DNA of 64,000 nucleotides from an uncultured delta proteobacterium (GCA_963769935.1 CAVYNY010000011.1:416001-480000); one strand, 5' to 3'. Positions 1 through 11,508 are shown, counted from the first letter of the stretch. The notes: generated from the sequence alone by a model not told the origin. Numbers and translations: made by a program.

Positions 1-399
1 CTGCCAGGCGGCCTTGAGTTTTTGATATTCCAGGCCGCGCAACTTAAATTCGCCGCCTGATATTTCACCGTAGAGATCGATTCCGCTTAAGGTAATTTTT
101 TCTATTTTTTGTTGATATAGACTGCGGGGAGAATAATCAATCTGCATGGATTGAACGACCAACGCTGGATTTTCTTGCGGTCCGATTCGCAAGTTTCCCA
201 GATCGGCATCAAAAAAACCGACGTTGCGGATGTTGACGGCAAAATCCGAAATGCCTGCCTCAGCAGCAAGTTGAGGAATGAGGTTTGATTCTACATAGTG
301 GGGGATATAAAGATAGACGGCTGCAAGCAGGCTGACCAGCAGCAGGACGAAGAAAAGGAGCCCTCCCCCGGTAAAGGCTATTTTGCGTTTTAAGGACAT
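1..399 (-). CDS. 5' part of a membrane-anchored YdbH/AsmA-like protein, runs off the window edge
   Basis: Manual translation from ATG at 399: MSLKRKIAFTGGGLLFFVLLLVSLLAAVYLYIPHYVES..., an N-terminal TM helix followed by an open frame to position 1. Confidence 0.55.
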   Translation of the reverse strand, partial: MSLKRKIAFTGGGLLFFVLLLVSLLAAVYLYIPHYVESNLIPQLAAEAGISDFAVNIRNVGFFDADLGNLRIGPQENPALVVQSMQIDYSPRSLYQQKIEKITLSGIDLYGEISGGEFKLRGLEYQKLKAAWQ

Positions 400-506
400 G
401 CGTCGTAAGATATAGGTTGAGGCGTTCTGGGTTTCCCGCCCCGGCGGGATTCAGGGTTGAATAACTCCCAGACAGCCAATTTAAAAGGGATCTTGATGCT
501 TTAGGG

Positions 507-2039
507 CTAAACCCGCTGCAGAAATGAGCTTCGCGTCATGCCGGCGCCTACGGAATCATTCAAAATGAGCCGGGCCTCTCTCAGCCGTTCGAGGTTTCTA
601 TTTATCTTGAAGCCCTGGATCGTGTCCGCCGCCAGGGCACCCCGCTTCAGATCATAGGGCAGGCGTTGCATACAGACCACCGAACAGTTGCCGCGTTCGT
701 GAACATTGGTGATCATTTTGTTGGCGATGAATTCCGCCACCGCTTCTTTTACATCCTGCGGATCGTGATCCAAAAGCTGGGCCAGAGTCAATGGAATCAT
801 GGCAAAATTGGCCTGATGCTCGATCAGCAGATCGAAATCTTCCAATTTGACGCCGATGGGCCGGAACAGTTCACTCAAATGCGTTTTGGCGCCGCGCGTG
901 GCGTACAGAAAGACGCCTTTGCCATCCATATCGCCGAAGATTTCACCATCATCGGCAACTGCCTGGATATAGCCGGCAAAACAGCCATGGGTTCTGGTCA
1001 GCGTATCGATAATTCCGGTTTGCGGCCGCTCAAACCGGAAATTTGCGCCCTCATGAATGGTGACAACCCCCCTTGAATCCGGCGACAGATACACCGAAAC
1101 AACATTTTTGTATTTGCCGGATTCCACGTAAGCGCGGGCGATTTTTGCCACTGTTGCCGGATCGGCATCGAGCGTCATGATGTCATACGCAAACGATCCT
1201 ATGTTTTGGTCATAAAATTCCAGGGCCTCTTTGAAACGGGTGAATATGCCGGCCGCAGCCTGGGCCGGATACATCAACTCAGCCAGCGCATGCTGGACCC
1301 GCGCCGCTGTGGCCGGAACCCGGTAAATAAGACTGCCCATCTGATTGTCGAGGATGATGCCGTCAAGTTTTTTGTTGCCGTTCAATTTGTGGATGGTGCG
1401 GGCAATCTGGGATATCGGATCTTTTGCAAGGCTGAATTCGCTTCTGTTATGATTCGCGTACTGTCCGGAGGGTTTTGCAGCCCTGCCGGTTGCCAAGGCG
1501 GTTGCCAGGGCATCATCTCCGAAAATGATGTTGGCGGTATCTTCGGGTTTGAAGGACTGGGCGCGGTGGATGTTTTCGGCACCAATGACAATGGATATGT
1601 CGCCGGTTTCAAGAAAACCGGTAAGGGACAGCATGAAAACCAGCTCAACCGCAACATTAAAGCCGGGGCATCCGGCATAAAGATCGAATACATGGGCCTG
1701 CGGGCATTGATCCCGGATGATCTCGTAGGGATGTCGGATCAACGGTCCGGGATCATATTTGTCATCGCCGACATTTGTGGCGCCGATAACCAGTTTGACC
1801 CGGGAAAGGTCGAGACCGGACGTGGCCAGCAGGTCCTGCAAAGCGGTTACACCGATGCGTTCATTCGTGCCGGCGACCTTTCTGGTACGTACCCCGATTC
1901 TTTCCTCGATGGTTTGGCTGTCGACCGGTATGCCGCCTTTAAAAAACAGCTGCCTTTTTTCGTAAATTGAATTGTCTACCAGGGTGCCGCCGTTCCAGGC
2001 TCCGTAGGCAGCAATTTCGAGAACCGATTCATTTGACAT
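507..2039 (-). CDS. FabH/3-oxoacyl-ACP synthase III-like protein with a large internal insertion (510 aa)
   Basis: ERIGVRTR N-terminal motif, DLYAGCPGF (catalytic Cys), IFGD, EHQAN (His), GNCS (Asn), VGAGMT. Confidence 0.75.
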   Translation of the reverse strand: MSNESVLEIAAYGAWNGGTLVDNSIYEKRQLFFKGGIPVDSQTIEERIGVRTRKVAGTNERIGVTALQDLLATSGLDLSRVKLVIGATNVGDDKYDPGPLIRHPYEIIRDQCPQAHVFDLYAGCPGFNVAVELVFMLSLTGFLETGDISIVIGAENIHRAQSFKPEDTANIIFGDDALATALATGRAAKPSGQYANHNRSEFSLAKDPISQIARTIHKLNGNKKLDGIILDNQMGSLIYRVPATAARVQHALAELMYPAQAAAGIFTRFKEALEFYDQNIGSFAYDIMTLDADPATVAKIARAYVESGKYKNVVSVYLSPDSRGVVTIHEGANFRFERPQTGIIDTLTRTHGCFAGYIQAVADDGEIFGDMDGKGVFLYATRGAKTHLSELFRPIGVKLEDFDLLIEHQANFAMIPLTLAQLLDHDPQDVKEAVAEFIANKMITNVHERGNCSVVCMQRLPYDLKRGALAADTIQGFKINRNLERLREARLILNDSVGAGMTRSSFLQRV

Positions 2040-2402
2040 TCATATCTCCCTTGAGCGCAGTGATCAATATCATATAGGGACTTGGCAAGTTTTGTCAACT
2101 TGATTGGACGGGTTATACTGGATGCTGGATGCTGGGTACGGGTTGCGGGTTTTTCGATTGCGGATTGATAAAATTGGATAGGCAAAATCGGGGGTGCTGA
2201 ATGCATGTTGCGGGTTACGAGTTGCGCGTTGCGGGTTTTTCGATTGCGGGTTTGGGATTTTGAATTTCGGAATGTTAAGGCATAGGTCTATGTGAAAATA
2301 GATGGCACTGGCACTTTTAATCTTATACCATAATATACCACACATTATATCCTATGCTTATTTCATTTTCTGACACCCGAAACCTGACACCTGAAACCTT
2401 TT

Positions 2403-3437
2403 TCATACATTAAACCTGAAGTTGATGATATCACCATCCTTTACTTCATAGGTTTTGCCTTCCAGCCTGACGGTTCCTTTTTTGCGGGCTTCCGCATAGG
2501 ATCCGGCCTCCATCAGATCATTGTAGGCCAGAATCTCCGCCCGGATAAATCCTTTCTTCATATCCGAATGCACGGCTTCGGCGGCGTCCACCGCCTGGGT
2601 GGCCTTTTTGATGGTCCAGGCTCTGACTTCATCCTTGCCGACCGTGAAAAAGGAAATCAGGCCTAGAATTTCGTAGGATTTTTGAATGACCCTGTCCGTG
2701 GCGGATTCACTGATGTTGAATTCGCTCAGAAATGCAGCGGCGTCTTCGGGGGGCATCTGGGCAAGCTCATGTTCAAGTTTTCCTCGGATCACGAGGCAGT
2801 CTTCGGTTTCGGTAAGATGACTGATTTGCGGCAGGTGCTCGTCTTCTTCATCATTGTTGAACAAAACCAGCATCGGTTTGGCGGATAACAGGGCATATCC
2901 TCTCAACTGGCGGGCTGCGGCCAGATCCGCCATGCGCCGCAAGGGGATTTCATTTTCAAGATTCCGGCGGCAATCGATTAAAAGGGCCTGCTCTTCAGAA
3001 TCCATCTTCTTGCCGCGCTTCTGATCGATCTCAAGGCGTTCCAGACGCTTTTCCACCACAACCAAATCCGACAGTATCAATTCCTGATCCAGGTGTCTGA
3101 ACCTATCGTAAGGCGATTTATCCTCAAATCCTGCAGCGTCATAATTTCGGATGACATGGATCAAGGCGTCACAATCCCTGGTCGCCGTCCAGATACTTTG
3201 ATCTGCGGTTTGATCTTTTTTGGCCTTGGCGGTGCCCGGCAAAAAATACTCCACCTGCGCATAGGTGGTTTTTTGCGGTTCATACATCGCGCTTAATTTA
3301 TCGATGCGGCCGTCCGGCACCCGGATGGTGCCGATGCGATCTTCACCTTTGTGGGCCGATTCGGAAATGTTCTTGGTCAGGGCTTCAAAAACCGTTGTTT
3401 TACCGGACTGCGGCAGCCCGATGATGCCAAGTTTCAT
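2403..3437 (-). CDS. ychF: YchF/Obg-family ATPase
   Basis: GIIGLPQSGKTT P-loop; C-terminal TGS domain FFTVGKDEVRAW...HSDMKKGFIRAE...DGDIINFRFNV. Confidence 0.9.
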   Translation of the reverse strand: MKLGIIGLPQSGKTTVFEALTKNISESAHKGEDRIGTIRVPDGRIDKLSAMYEPQKTTYAQVEYFLPGTAKAKKDQTADQSIWTATRDCDALIHVIRNYDAAGFEDKSPYDRFRHLDQELILSDLVVVEKRLERLEIDQKRGKKMDSEEQALLIDCRRNLENEIPLRRMADLAAARQLRGYALLSAKPMLVLFNNDEEDEHLPQISHLTETEDCLVIRGKLEHELAQMPPEDAAAFLSEFNISESATDRVIQKSYEILGLISFFTVGKDEVRAWTIKKATQAVDAAEAVHSDMKKGFIRAEILAYNDLMEAGSYAEARKKGTVRLEGKTYEVKDGDIINFRFNV

Positions 3438-3521
3438 GTGCTAATCCCGTTTAGATGGTTTAATTGGTTTAGATGGTTTGGATCGTTGAGATCGTTGAGA
3501 TCGTTGAGTTCGTTAGGATCG

Positions 3522-3730
3522 TTCATGGTTGATAGGTAAACGGATAAAGGCCAAAGGTAAATGGTAATACTTTACGCTATGCGCTTTGCTCTATGCCCTA
3601 TGCTCCTTCCACATTGCTCGATTTTGCCTACCTTCTTACCCTCTTACCCTCTCACCTGCTGATTTTCTGATCTTCTTATCTTCTGATCTTCTTTCTTTTG
3701 CCCTCTGCCCTCTAACCTCAGTCCTCCGAC
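3522..3730. repeat. Dispersed modular (7-8-mer) intergenic repeat, family 1; inverted copy at ~19655-19806
   Basis: Shares ACGCTATGCGCTTTGCTCTATGCCCTATGCTCCTT and ATCTTCTGATCTTCTTTCTTTTG with the reverse complement of the second locus. Confidence 0.75.
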
Positions 3731-3734
3731 CGTT

Positions 3735-4942
3735 TTATCCCCACACTATTTTACGGTACATTTCCGGATCCGTATCCCCTTCCGTGGAAAAGAGAAGGAT
3801 ACGGGAGTCCGACTGAATATTCAAGGCCTGCTTTAAGGGTGCAAGTTCCGGTTGCTGGAGGATGCTGAACCACCAATCCCAGGGTGACGGCGCCGGATTC
3901 ACCCGAAATCACCCGATCGTCGCCTTTAAGAGGATTTCCCAGCACCCGCATGCCCCGGATTGTGACCCCATCCGGACAGGCGACAAACCCGTCGGCAAAA
4001 TCCCGTATGATATTCCAGGAAATTTTATTCGGTTCGCCGCAGGCCAGGCCGGCCATGATGGTATCCAGATCACCCTCCACCTTGCGAGGCTGGCCGTCCC
4101 CGGCGATTATCGACTGATAATAGCAGGCTGCCTTGGTGGGTTCCACGATGGTTAGCAGCGGTCTTTGAGGGCCGAATTTTTCCACCAGATAAGCCTGCAA
4201 TGATCCTGCCAGAGAACCCACACCGCACTGAATGAACACATGGGACGGCATGACGCCGCCCATTTGTTCGAAGGCCTCTTCGAACAGGGTGAGATATCCC
4301 TGCATGATCCGGATGGGAATATCTTCATAATCCGGACCTGCGGTATCCTGCAGCAGCAGCCAGCCGTTTTCCCGGGCCCGGTCGGCAGCCAATCTGACGG
4401 CATCATCATAATTGCCGTCGATGATCTCCGCCTCAGCCCCCAAACTCCTGATGCTTTCCAGCCGGACGCCGGCGGATCCCTTCGGCATGTAGACAACGGC
4501 CCGGCATCCCAGTTGTCGGGCGGCCCAGGCCACGGCCCGGCCGTGGTTGCCGTCGGTGGCGGTAATGCAGGTAAGATCCTGGATGAGGGTCTCTAAATTC
4601 ATCTGATTTAAGCAGATTAAAGGTCACTTTTTCAGGATCAAGGGCGAGCTTTGGCACCAAACAGCTGGAGAGGGCAAAAGAGGCTCCCAGAACTTTAAAG
4701 GCATTCAGCCCGCAGCGGAAGGACTCGTCTTTGACCCGGATGGCAGCCACCCCCAGATAGCGAGCCAGGTTATCGAGTCCGGCCAACGGCGTCGGTTCAA
4801 AGTTCGGCAGGGTTTGGTGAAATTTTTTAACCCGCCGCATGACCGCCGCTGAAAAATCAGCGGTAGCGGTTCTTGGAGATGCCGTTTTTCTGGCATTTGG
4901 ATTCATATACCAATGGATGTGATCGGGTAATGCGCCTGCCAT
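3735..4942 (-). pseudogene. dpaL: Diaminopropionate ammonia-lyase, split by frameshifts near 4600 and 3850 (possibly sequencing indels)
   Basis: VKDESFRCGLNAFKVLGAS (PLP Lys), ATDGNHGR, TIMAGLACGEP, SGESGA; the C-terminus STEGDTDPEMYRKIVWG* lies in a third frame ending at 3735. Confidence 0.8.
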
Positions 4943-4993
4943 TCCATCCTTCCCGGCGACATATGAGAACCTGCAGGCATCGCTCCGGAGCCT

Positions 4994-5485
4994 TTACGGC
5001 TGCAATGCCTTTGAATCGGTAAGCGTTACCCGGCCCTCGCTGTCAAACGGCAGGCTGGAGGAGATCGCATGCTCGCCGGAGAGCCAGAGTTTGCCTTTTA
5101 AACGGTAGGTCAACTGTTCGGCGTTTTGTAATCCCTGGATACTTCGAAAAATACCGATGACCGATGAATATACCGTAACCGGAACCAGCTCGGATTCGAA
5201 GGCCGGAATTTTTGTCTCGGCCCTGGATACACCGGTTGCAAACGAATTGCCGTTGATTTCAAGATCGGCTTCAATACCTTTTATATCTAGATCCATATCA
5301 TTGGTATTAAATACCCTGAGCTGAACTCGAAACACCGTTTCAAGACCGGTAAACTCCTGGGGCTGTATGCCGGCCAGTGTAATGCGCGGGGGCTCCAGAT
5401 GGTTTCCCATTCCGACACAGCCGGCCAGCAGCTGAATTGAGACATACGTTATCAGAGTTAAAGCAGCTCGGTTTGAAACTATCAT
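4994..5485 (-). CDS. LEA type 2 / WHy-domain lipoprotein
   Basis: LAGC lipobox; LRVFNTNDMDL motif. Confidence 0.75.
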   Translation of the reverse strand: MIVSNRAALTLITYVSIQLLAGCVGMGNHLEPPRITLAGIQPQEFTGLETVFRVQLRVFNTNDMDLDIKGIEADLEINGNSFATGVSRAETKIPAFESELVPVTVYSSVIGIFRSIQGLQNAEQLTYRLKGKLWLSGEHAISSSLPFDSEGRVTLTDSKALQP

Positions 5486-5792
5486 CGCGATCTATTGCGG
5501 GCAGTGTTATTAAACGTTTCGGAATTTCTATAACAGGTTGAGTTCAATATGTATTTTTTGAGGTATGCGTATTTGCCTCTATCCTGGAATAGTGAAATAG
5601 TGGGTTTCTGAAGCATTTTATCTGTTCTGATTTTTAAGTCAAGACGAATGTAGTCTTGTACCCAATATCGCAGTACTCCAATACCCATTTTTTTTGCCCC
5701 GTGAAATCTTTTTTCACATTTCACCGGGGCCAATATTCCAATGGGGGCGAAGCCCCTAACTTGCAACCAGCAACGAATAACCCTTTTCCCAA

Positions 5793-7790
5793 CTATTGTC
5801 CCAGCAATCCCTTGAGTGCCCCTTTGACGCTTTTTTCAAACGGTTTGACCTTCTCATTTTCAAGCAGTTTTTTGGCCCCTTTGGATTCTAAAACCTGCTT
5901 TTCGATATTTTCTTTGGCCGCTGCGCTCAGGTCCGGCCGAAACTTGGGTGATGCGAAGGTGCCGGATACCAGCACCGGTACCATAATACCCGAAAGCTGC
6001 GACGTGCCTCCCTGTCCTTCTATACTGGCAACCGCCTTTGGCTCTACCCGAAAATTCAAGGTTTCATTTACCAGATCAGCGGTCCCGGAGGCGACAATGC
6101 GGATGAAGGGCGATTTGAGGCTGGTCTCAGGGGTGTTGGCAACTCCGTCCTTGATGGTAAAGGGCATTGACAGTTCAGTGAAATCCGTTCGCGGCGGTTT
6201 TTCAGTTTTTTGGGCCAGGCCAAAAGCCGATCCGACATTGCGGATCATTGACGCCAGGTCGATGCCCACGATAGCACCGTCCTTGAACTGCAGGTCGCCC
6301 TTGCCGTTTAAGGTTTTTTTGATTTGATCCGGTTGGTCTCCGACCATGGACAACTGGATGTCGGCATTGGTGTTGCCCTCCAAAAAGTCTTTGGCCAGTA
6401 CATCTTTGAGCAGGGGGTTCGCCTGAATACCACTAATTTTAAGATTCAGATCACTTTTGGGCGCATTGCCGGCAACATTCAGTAATACGTTACCGTCGGC
6501 GGTGCCCTGGTACATTTTTAGCTGCATGGGATCCAGTTTGATGATGCCGTCTTTGGCCGTTATCTGCAGCAATACATCCTGAATCCGGGCCTTGCTGATC
6601 GTGAGGTTTCCTATTTTTGCCTTACCGTCCAGAATCATGCGGCGCAAAGGGGTGTAATCGATTTTCTGTCCGGCGGGTTTTTCCGCACCGGCGGATTTTC
6701 CAGGCGGTGGCTGCGCGCTTGGCGGCGGCAGGTAGCGATCCAGATCGATCTGATCCAGGGCGAGGTCAAACTTCAGGTTCGGGCGGGAAAATTCTGCGGC
6801 GGTGGCCGAAAAATTAAGGTTGGATTGATCCAGTTTCATCGTCCCATTTGATATTGACACCTTCGCGGCATCGCCCTTGACATGGGTTTTTAGCGCAACG
6901 CTGCTCAAGGCTTTGGGGTCGGATGTTTTTACCGGAAATTCCTGTCCCAATTCGGCCACCAGTTCACGGGGAGAAAATTCTGCTATTTCGATGTCCATAT
7001 CGACTCCGGGATTGGTGAGCGGATTTAGCAGCGAGCCCTTGAGCCGCAGGGCCAGCTGTTTGAGGGCATTCAGCTGTAAATCCACGGGAATGCTCGGGGC
7101 CTTAAAAGCCTGTCCTAGTGGTCCGATGGTACCTTCCATTGATATGGGCTTTTGGTCCATCAGGGCCGAAAAGGTCATCTTGACGGGTCGCTCCATCGAC
7201 ACATCCGCCAGGGTTAAATTGATATCCGTGATTTCTTTGCGGGTGTCGCTGGTGTGATCAATCCAGATTAACGATCCATTATTTACGGCGAGATTGCCGA
7301 CGGTGAGGGCCTTGATGGGGATATTCAGACCGCCGGCAGCGCCGGCCGGGGCTTTTTCCTCTTTTTCTGCCGGGCTCTCTTTGGACGGCTGCTGGGGCTG
7401 TACCCAATTCTCCCGACCGTTCTTATTTTTGACCAATACGATGTGGGGTGCGTTCAGCACGAAGCGTTTGATTTGAATATCTTTGCTGAGAAGCGGCAGC
7501 AGCTTGATGCGGACTTCAAAGGACTTGACGGTGACAAAATCCTCTTCCGAGAATCCGGCCGGGTTGCCCAAACGCAGGTCCGAAAAGGAAACCCCGGCCC
7601 AGGGAAACAGGGACAGGTGAAGATCATTGCCCACTGAAAAAGGCCGGCCGGTCGCCTCGGAAACTTTGCTTTCAAGCAGCGGTTTGTACTTTTGCACATT
7701 GACAAACCTGGGAATCAGCAAAAGGGCGGCAATGATGACCACCACCAGACACCCGACAATGATTGCTCCCCATTTAATAAAGCTTTTCAT
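5793..7790 (-). CDS. asmA: AsmA family protein
   Basis: N-terminal TM, ATGRPFSVGNDLHLSLFP, LLPLLSKDIQI, C-terminal GAIVGIDL...TDF...VSGTFASP. Confidence 0.8.
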   Translation of the reverse strand: MKSFIKWGAIIVGCLVVVIIAALLLIPRFVNVQKYKPLLESKVSEATGRPFSVGNDLHLSLFPWAGVSFSDLRLGNPAGFSEEDFVTVKSFEVRIKLLPLLSKDIQIKRFVLNAPHIVLVKNKNGRENWVQPQQPSKESPAEKEEKAPAGAAGGLNIPIKALTVGNLAVNNGSLIWIDHTSDTRKEITDINLTLADVSMERPVKMTFSALMDQKPISMEGTIGPLGQAFKAPSIPVDLQLNALKQLALRLKGSLLNPLTNPGVDMDIEIAEFSPRELVAELGQEFPVKTSDPKALSSVALKTHVKGDAAKVSISNGTMKLDQSNLNFSATAAEFSRPNLKFDLALDQIDLDRYLPPPSAQPPPGKSAGAEKPAGQKIDYTPLRRMILDGKAKIGNLTISKARIQDVLLQITAKDGIIKLDPMQLKMYQGTADGNVLLNVAGNAPKSDLNLKISGIQANPLLKDVLAKDFLEGNTNADIQLSMVGDQPDQIKKTLNGKGDLQFKDGAIVGIDLASMIRNVGSAFGLAQKTEKPPRTDFTELSMPFTIKDGVANTPETSLKSPFIRIVASGTADLVNETLNFRVEPKAVASIEGQGGTSQLSGIMVPVLVSGTFASPKFRPDLSAAAKENIEKQVLESKGAKKLLENEKVKPFEKSVKGALKGLLGQ

Positions 7791-8103
7791 GATGTTTTTC
7801 CTTTCGAGGAGTCCCCCCTTAAGAAACTGTTACGTTCATGCTTAAAAAAAAATTCTCCCCCCAAGTCTGCGGAAAAAGCGAAGAGTTTCGGCGGATGCAA
7901 GCTCGCCATGCCCGGCTTTGGTTTCAATAAACTAGGCACCACGGAAGTGGGTGTCAAGCAAGGAGAAGAACTTTAGGCGCACGTTTTTCAGGATAGAGTA
8001 ATTAGTCATTGATCTGCAGTCAACTGTCGGCCGTGGAATGTAAATTTTACAACAGACCACCGACAACTGACATGCAGCGTCCTGGCTCAATCATATTCGG
8101 GGA

Positions 8104-8781
8104 CTACTTGATTGCTTCCCGGTGTTTGTTTATCGCAGTCACCACATATGGATAAATATGGTCGACAACTTTGCGGTATCCCGCGGCGGTCGGGTGAATT
8201 CCGTCGGGCTGGTTGAGCCCGGGGTCTGCGGCCACCCCGTCCAGGAAAAATGGAATAAAAATGACATCTTCCGACTCGGCCACCTGCGGATAGACGGCTG
8301 CAAAGGCGTTGGTGTACTCCTGGCCCAGGTTCTGGACAATTTTCATGCCTCCCAGCACAACGACTACGTTTTGGTCTTTCAGCGTCTGGATTATCCGGCG
8401 GATGTTGCTTTTGATTAAAGCAGGATCGATGCCGCGAAAACCGTCATTGGCGCCGATAACCAGGATGACGATATCGGGTTTCAAGGTCAGCACCCACTTT
8501 ATGCGCGAAAGCGTTCCGCTGGAAGTTTCGCCGCTGATTCCGGCATTAATGACCCGGTACCGATACCCCTGGTCCTGCAATTTTTTCTCAAGTACAGCCG
8601 GATAGGCAAACTCTTCCTCCACTCCCAGTCCTTCAGTCAGACTGTCGCCGACCGCCACAATGGTGCCCTCATATTTTTCTTTCGAAGGCGCCTGGGGAGG
8701 TGTGCTGCTTTCCTCTCCGCAGCCTTGCGCGATCAGAGTGATTAGCAGGGTGAAGAAAAATATTTTTTTAACAGCGTACAT
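8104..8781 (-). CDS. tesA: SGNH arylesterase / acyl-CoA thioesterase I (lipoprotein)
   Basis: GDSLT, NAGISGETS, GAND, DGIHP; adjacent to the ybbAP-like ABC genes. Confidence 0.85.
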   Translation of the reverse strand: MYAVKKIFFFTLLITLIAQGCGEESSTPPQAPSKEKYEGTIVAVGDSLTEGLGVEEEFAYPAVLEKKLQDQGYRYRVINAGISGETSSGTLSRIKWVLTLKPDIVILVIGANDGFRGIDPALIKSNIRRIIQTLKDQNVVVVLGGMKIVQNLGQEYTNAFAAVYPQVAESEDVIFIPFFLDGVAADPGLNQPDGIHPTAAGYRKVVDHIYPYVVTAINKHREAIK

Positions 8782-8853
8782 CGCTTTTATTACTTATTAC
8801 GTTTGAGGTTGATTCTAAATTCCGCATTCCGCATTCTGAAATCCGCATTCGAT

Positions 8854-11361
8854 TCACTCCTGGGTCTGCTCCCGTAAAAACACAACCGGTTTTTTGCGCA
8901 GAATGGAAATCGAAGGCACCAAGCCGACACCTACTACCAGCAGAACGGTTGCGGCCATCAGCAGAATACTATCAAAGATAAACGGCTGATACGAAATATG
9001 CAGCACCCGTATGCATATCAGCCAGCTGCCTGCCTGCGATATCAGCAACGCGAGGGCCGCACTTACCAGGCCCAGCACAATATTTTCAAGCGTGAATACG
9101 CCGGCCACAAATGTGCCTCTGGCTCCCAGGATTTTATAATAGACGGCCTCCTGGATCCGGGCGTAACGGGTGGCCAATATCGAGCTGAGAATAATCAGGA
9201 TGCCGGCCGCCATGCTGAAGGCGGCAAAAAAGCGGATAATCAGCGACAGCTTGTTGACAACCGCGGTAAAAACCGTGAGCAATTCAGTCGTATCAATCAC
9301 GCTTACGTTCGGAAACCTTTCGACTATTTTTGTTTGCAGGGCCGATATCTGCTGTTTGGCGACCCTGACGGCGGTAAAAATGGTTTGGGGCGCATCGTGC
9401 AGGGTGTTTTCCGGGAATACAAAATAGAAAAACGGGCTGATCGACTCATGAGTGCGGGAGCGAATGCTTGAGATCCGGGCCTGCAGCGGCACGCCCTGGA
9501 TCTTGAAGGTGATGCGATCCCCGATATTCATCCGCCGGATGTCGGCTACCGTATCCATGACGGAGACCTGGAGATCGTCCCAGTCTTTCCGGAACAGGTT
9601 CTTTCCTTTTACAATGACTTCATCCGCCAGCAGGTGGTTGCGATAGGTGAGATTAAACGTGCGGGCCAGATTGTCACCGCGCCGCCGCCGTTCCTGCCGA
9701 CGGCTTATTTTATCGCCGTTGACGGACAAAATTTTCGCCCGGATAATCGGATAGTACTCCGCTCTGATCCCCAGTGTTTTTTTAAATTCAGCCAGCTGGG
9801 ACGGTTGAATGTCCAGAAAGAAAACATTCGGGGCGTCTTCAGGATAGGACCGGATAAAGTTTTCATCCAGGTTTTGCTCGATTAAATAGATGGCAAAAAT
9901 TACGCCCAGCGAGGCCGTCAGGGTAATAATGATCGGGTGGGTGGCGTTTTTGGGCCGAAACAAGCCCTTGATCGCCTGGCGGATCAACAGGGAGCGGACC
10001 CGGGTGCGTTTGAGCACAGACAAAACCGCTGCGGTCAAAAGTGCGGCGGTGACGATCAGCACGATAACTCCCAGTACAAAATTCAGTGCGGTTTTGAGTT
10101 CTTTGACCTGCCAGAATACCAGCAGCAGAGAAAAGCCGAAGATTAAAAAAGCGCTCAGATAAATGGGCAATCCCGTTTTTGAGCGAATGCGCTCCTTGCG
10201 GAAAATGATGACCGGCTTGATGTCTTTTAACCGATGCAGGGGTATAAAAGAGAATAGTCCGACCACCAGCACCCCCAGGCAAAGTCCTTCCAAAACGGCC
10301 TGCCAGGAAACAATCAGGGATACATTGGCAGGTAAAAGGCCTTTGAAAAGAACAGTCAACGCGTACTGGAGAAAAAGTCCGGCGAGCAGCCCGATAAGCG
10401 TTCCCGCCAGACCGAGAATCGAGAGGATAAAAATGTAGTGGCGGGTAATGAAACTGCTCCTGGCACCCACGGTCTTCATGACGGCAATGGTTTTTTCTTT
10501 TTCCTTTAAAAAGGCCGTCAGCGCACTCTGGATGCCGATACCGGCTAAGAGAAGCGTAAAGATGCTGATCAGACTCAGGAAAAAAAAGAGGTTGTCAAAA
10601 AAACGTTTGATGCGGGAACTCGCCGTGCGGTATGTTTCGACGCGTTCCTGATCCGGATCGGCGGCAGCCTTCAATCGATCTGCAATCTGCTGTATTCTGG
10701 CTTCATCCAGGACTTTGATCAGGCAGCGGAATTCAACCCGGCTTCCTTTTTTGACCAGATCCAACGCCGCGAGATCGTCGGCCGCAATAAAAATACGGGG
10801 GCCCAGCAGGAAAAGATTGACCGGCTGGTCCGGTTCCTGAAGGACAACATCCTTAATTATCAGAGTTGTACTGCCGATGTGCAATGCGTCTCCCACCTGC
10901 AAATGGAGGCGGTCGAGCAGGCTCTGGGCCACGATAATATTGCCCGGGGTGAGAACGCTTACGAAATCACGCCCTGACTTCAGCACCACTTTGCCGTAAT
11001 ACGGATATCCCGGCTGCACAACTTTGAGCTTTGCCAGCAATGAATTCCGGCTTTTTTGACTGCGCACGACGGAATAAAACTCCCAGACCCGGCTGCTGCG
11101 AATCAGGTTTTGATCCTCAAGCCGCGCAACCAGATTGATCACAGACGATGTCAGGTCAAAATAGGATTCGATGATGATATCGGACGCATGCAGGGTCTTG
11201 GCATCATTGAGCATGGAAGAGTTAACACTGGCGGAAAACCCGTTCAGGGAGATGAGGGTAACGATGGACAGGGCCACACACAGCACAAATACCATCGCCT
11301 GGCGGCGGGAGTGTGCGATCTGGCGGACAATGAAATGTCGATGTAGATATCCGTTGGGCAT
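8854..11361 (-). CDS. YbbP-like FtsX-family ABC permease
   Basis: 835 aa with two TM bundles; YPYYG and APNVFFLDIQPSQ motifs. Confidence 0.85.
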   Translation of the reverse strand: MPNGYLHRHFIVRQIAHSRRQAMVFVLCVALSIVTLISLNGFSASVNSSMLNDAKTLHASDIIIESYFDLTSSVINLVARLEDQNLIRSSRVWEFYSVVRSQKSRNSLLAKLKVVQPGYPYYGKVVLKSGRDFVSVLTPGNIIVAQSLLDRLHLQVGDALHIGSTTLIIKDVVLQEPDQPVNLFLLGPRIFIAADDLAALDLVKKGSRVEFRCLIKVLDEARIQQIADRLKAAADPDQERVETYRTASSRIKRFFDNLFFFLSLISIFTLLLAGIGIQSALTAFLKEKEKTIAVMKTVGARSSFITRHYIFILSILGLAGTLIGLLAGLFLQYALTVLFKGLLPANVSLIVSWQAVLEGLCLGVLVVGLFSFIPLHRLKDIKPVIIFRKERIRSKTGLPIYLSAFLIFGFSLLLVFWQVKELKTALNFVLGVIVLIVTAALLTAAVLSVLKRTRVRSLLIRQAIKGLFRPKNATHPIIITLTASLGVIFAIYLIEQNLDENFIRSYPEDAPNVFFLDIQPSQLAEFKKTLGIRAEYYPIIRAKILSVNGDKISRRQERRRRGDNLARTFNLTYRNHLLADEVIVKGKNLFRKDWDDLQVSVMDTVADIRRMNIGDRITFKIQGVPLQARISSIRSRTHESISPFFYFVFPENTLHDAPQTIFTAVRVAKQQISALQTKIVERFPNVSVIDTTELLTVFTAVVNKLSLIIRFFAAFSMAAGILIILSSILATRYARIQEAVYYKILGARGTFVAGVFTLENIVLGLVSAALALLISQAGSWLICIRVLHISYQPFIFDSILLMAATVLLVVGVGLVPSISILRKKPVVFLREQTQE

Positions 11362-11508
11362 ATTGGTGTCTTCAGGTGTCGGGCCTTGTTTTAGCTCGCA
11401 GGGTAATGAAAAGTTAAGTTGACAATATAAATATCCGATCGGAGTTTCAAGTGTCAGCCTTGCACAGCCGGCAAAGTTTTAATTAAAAATTCAAATGTAA
11501 ATAGGGAT

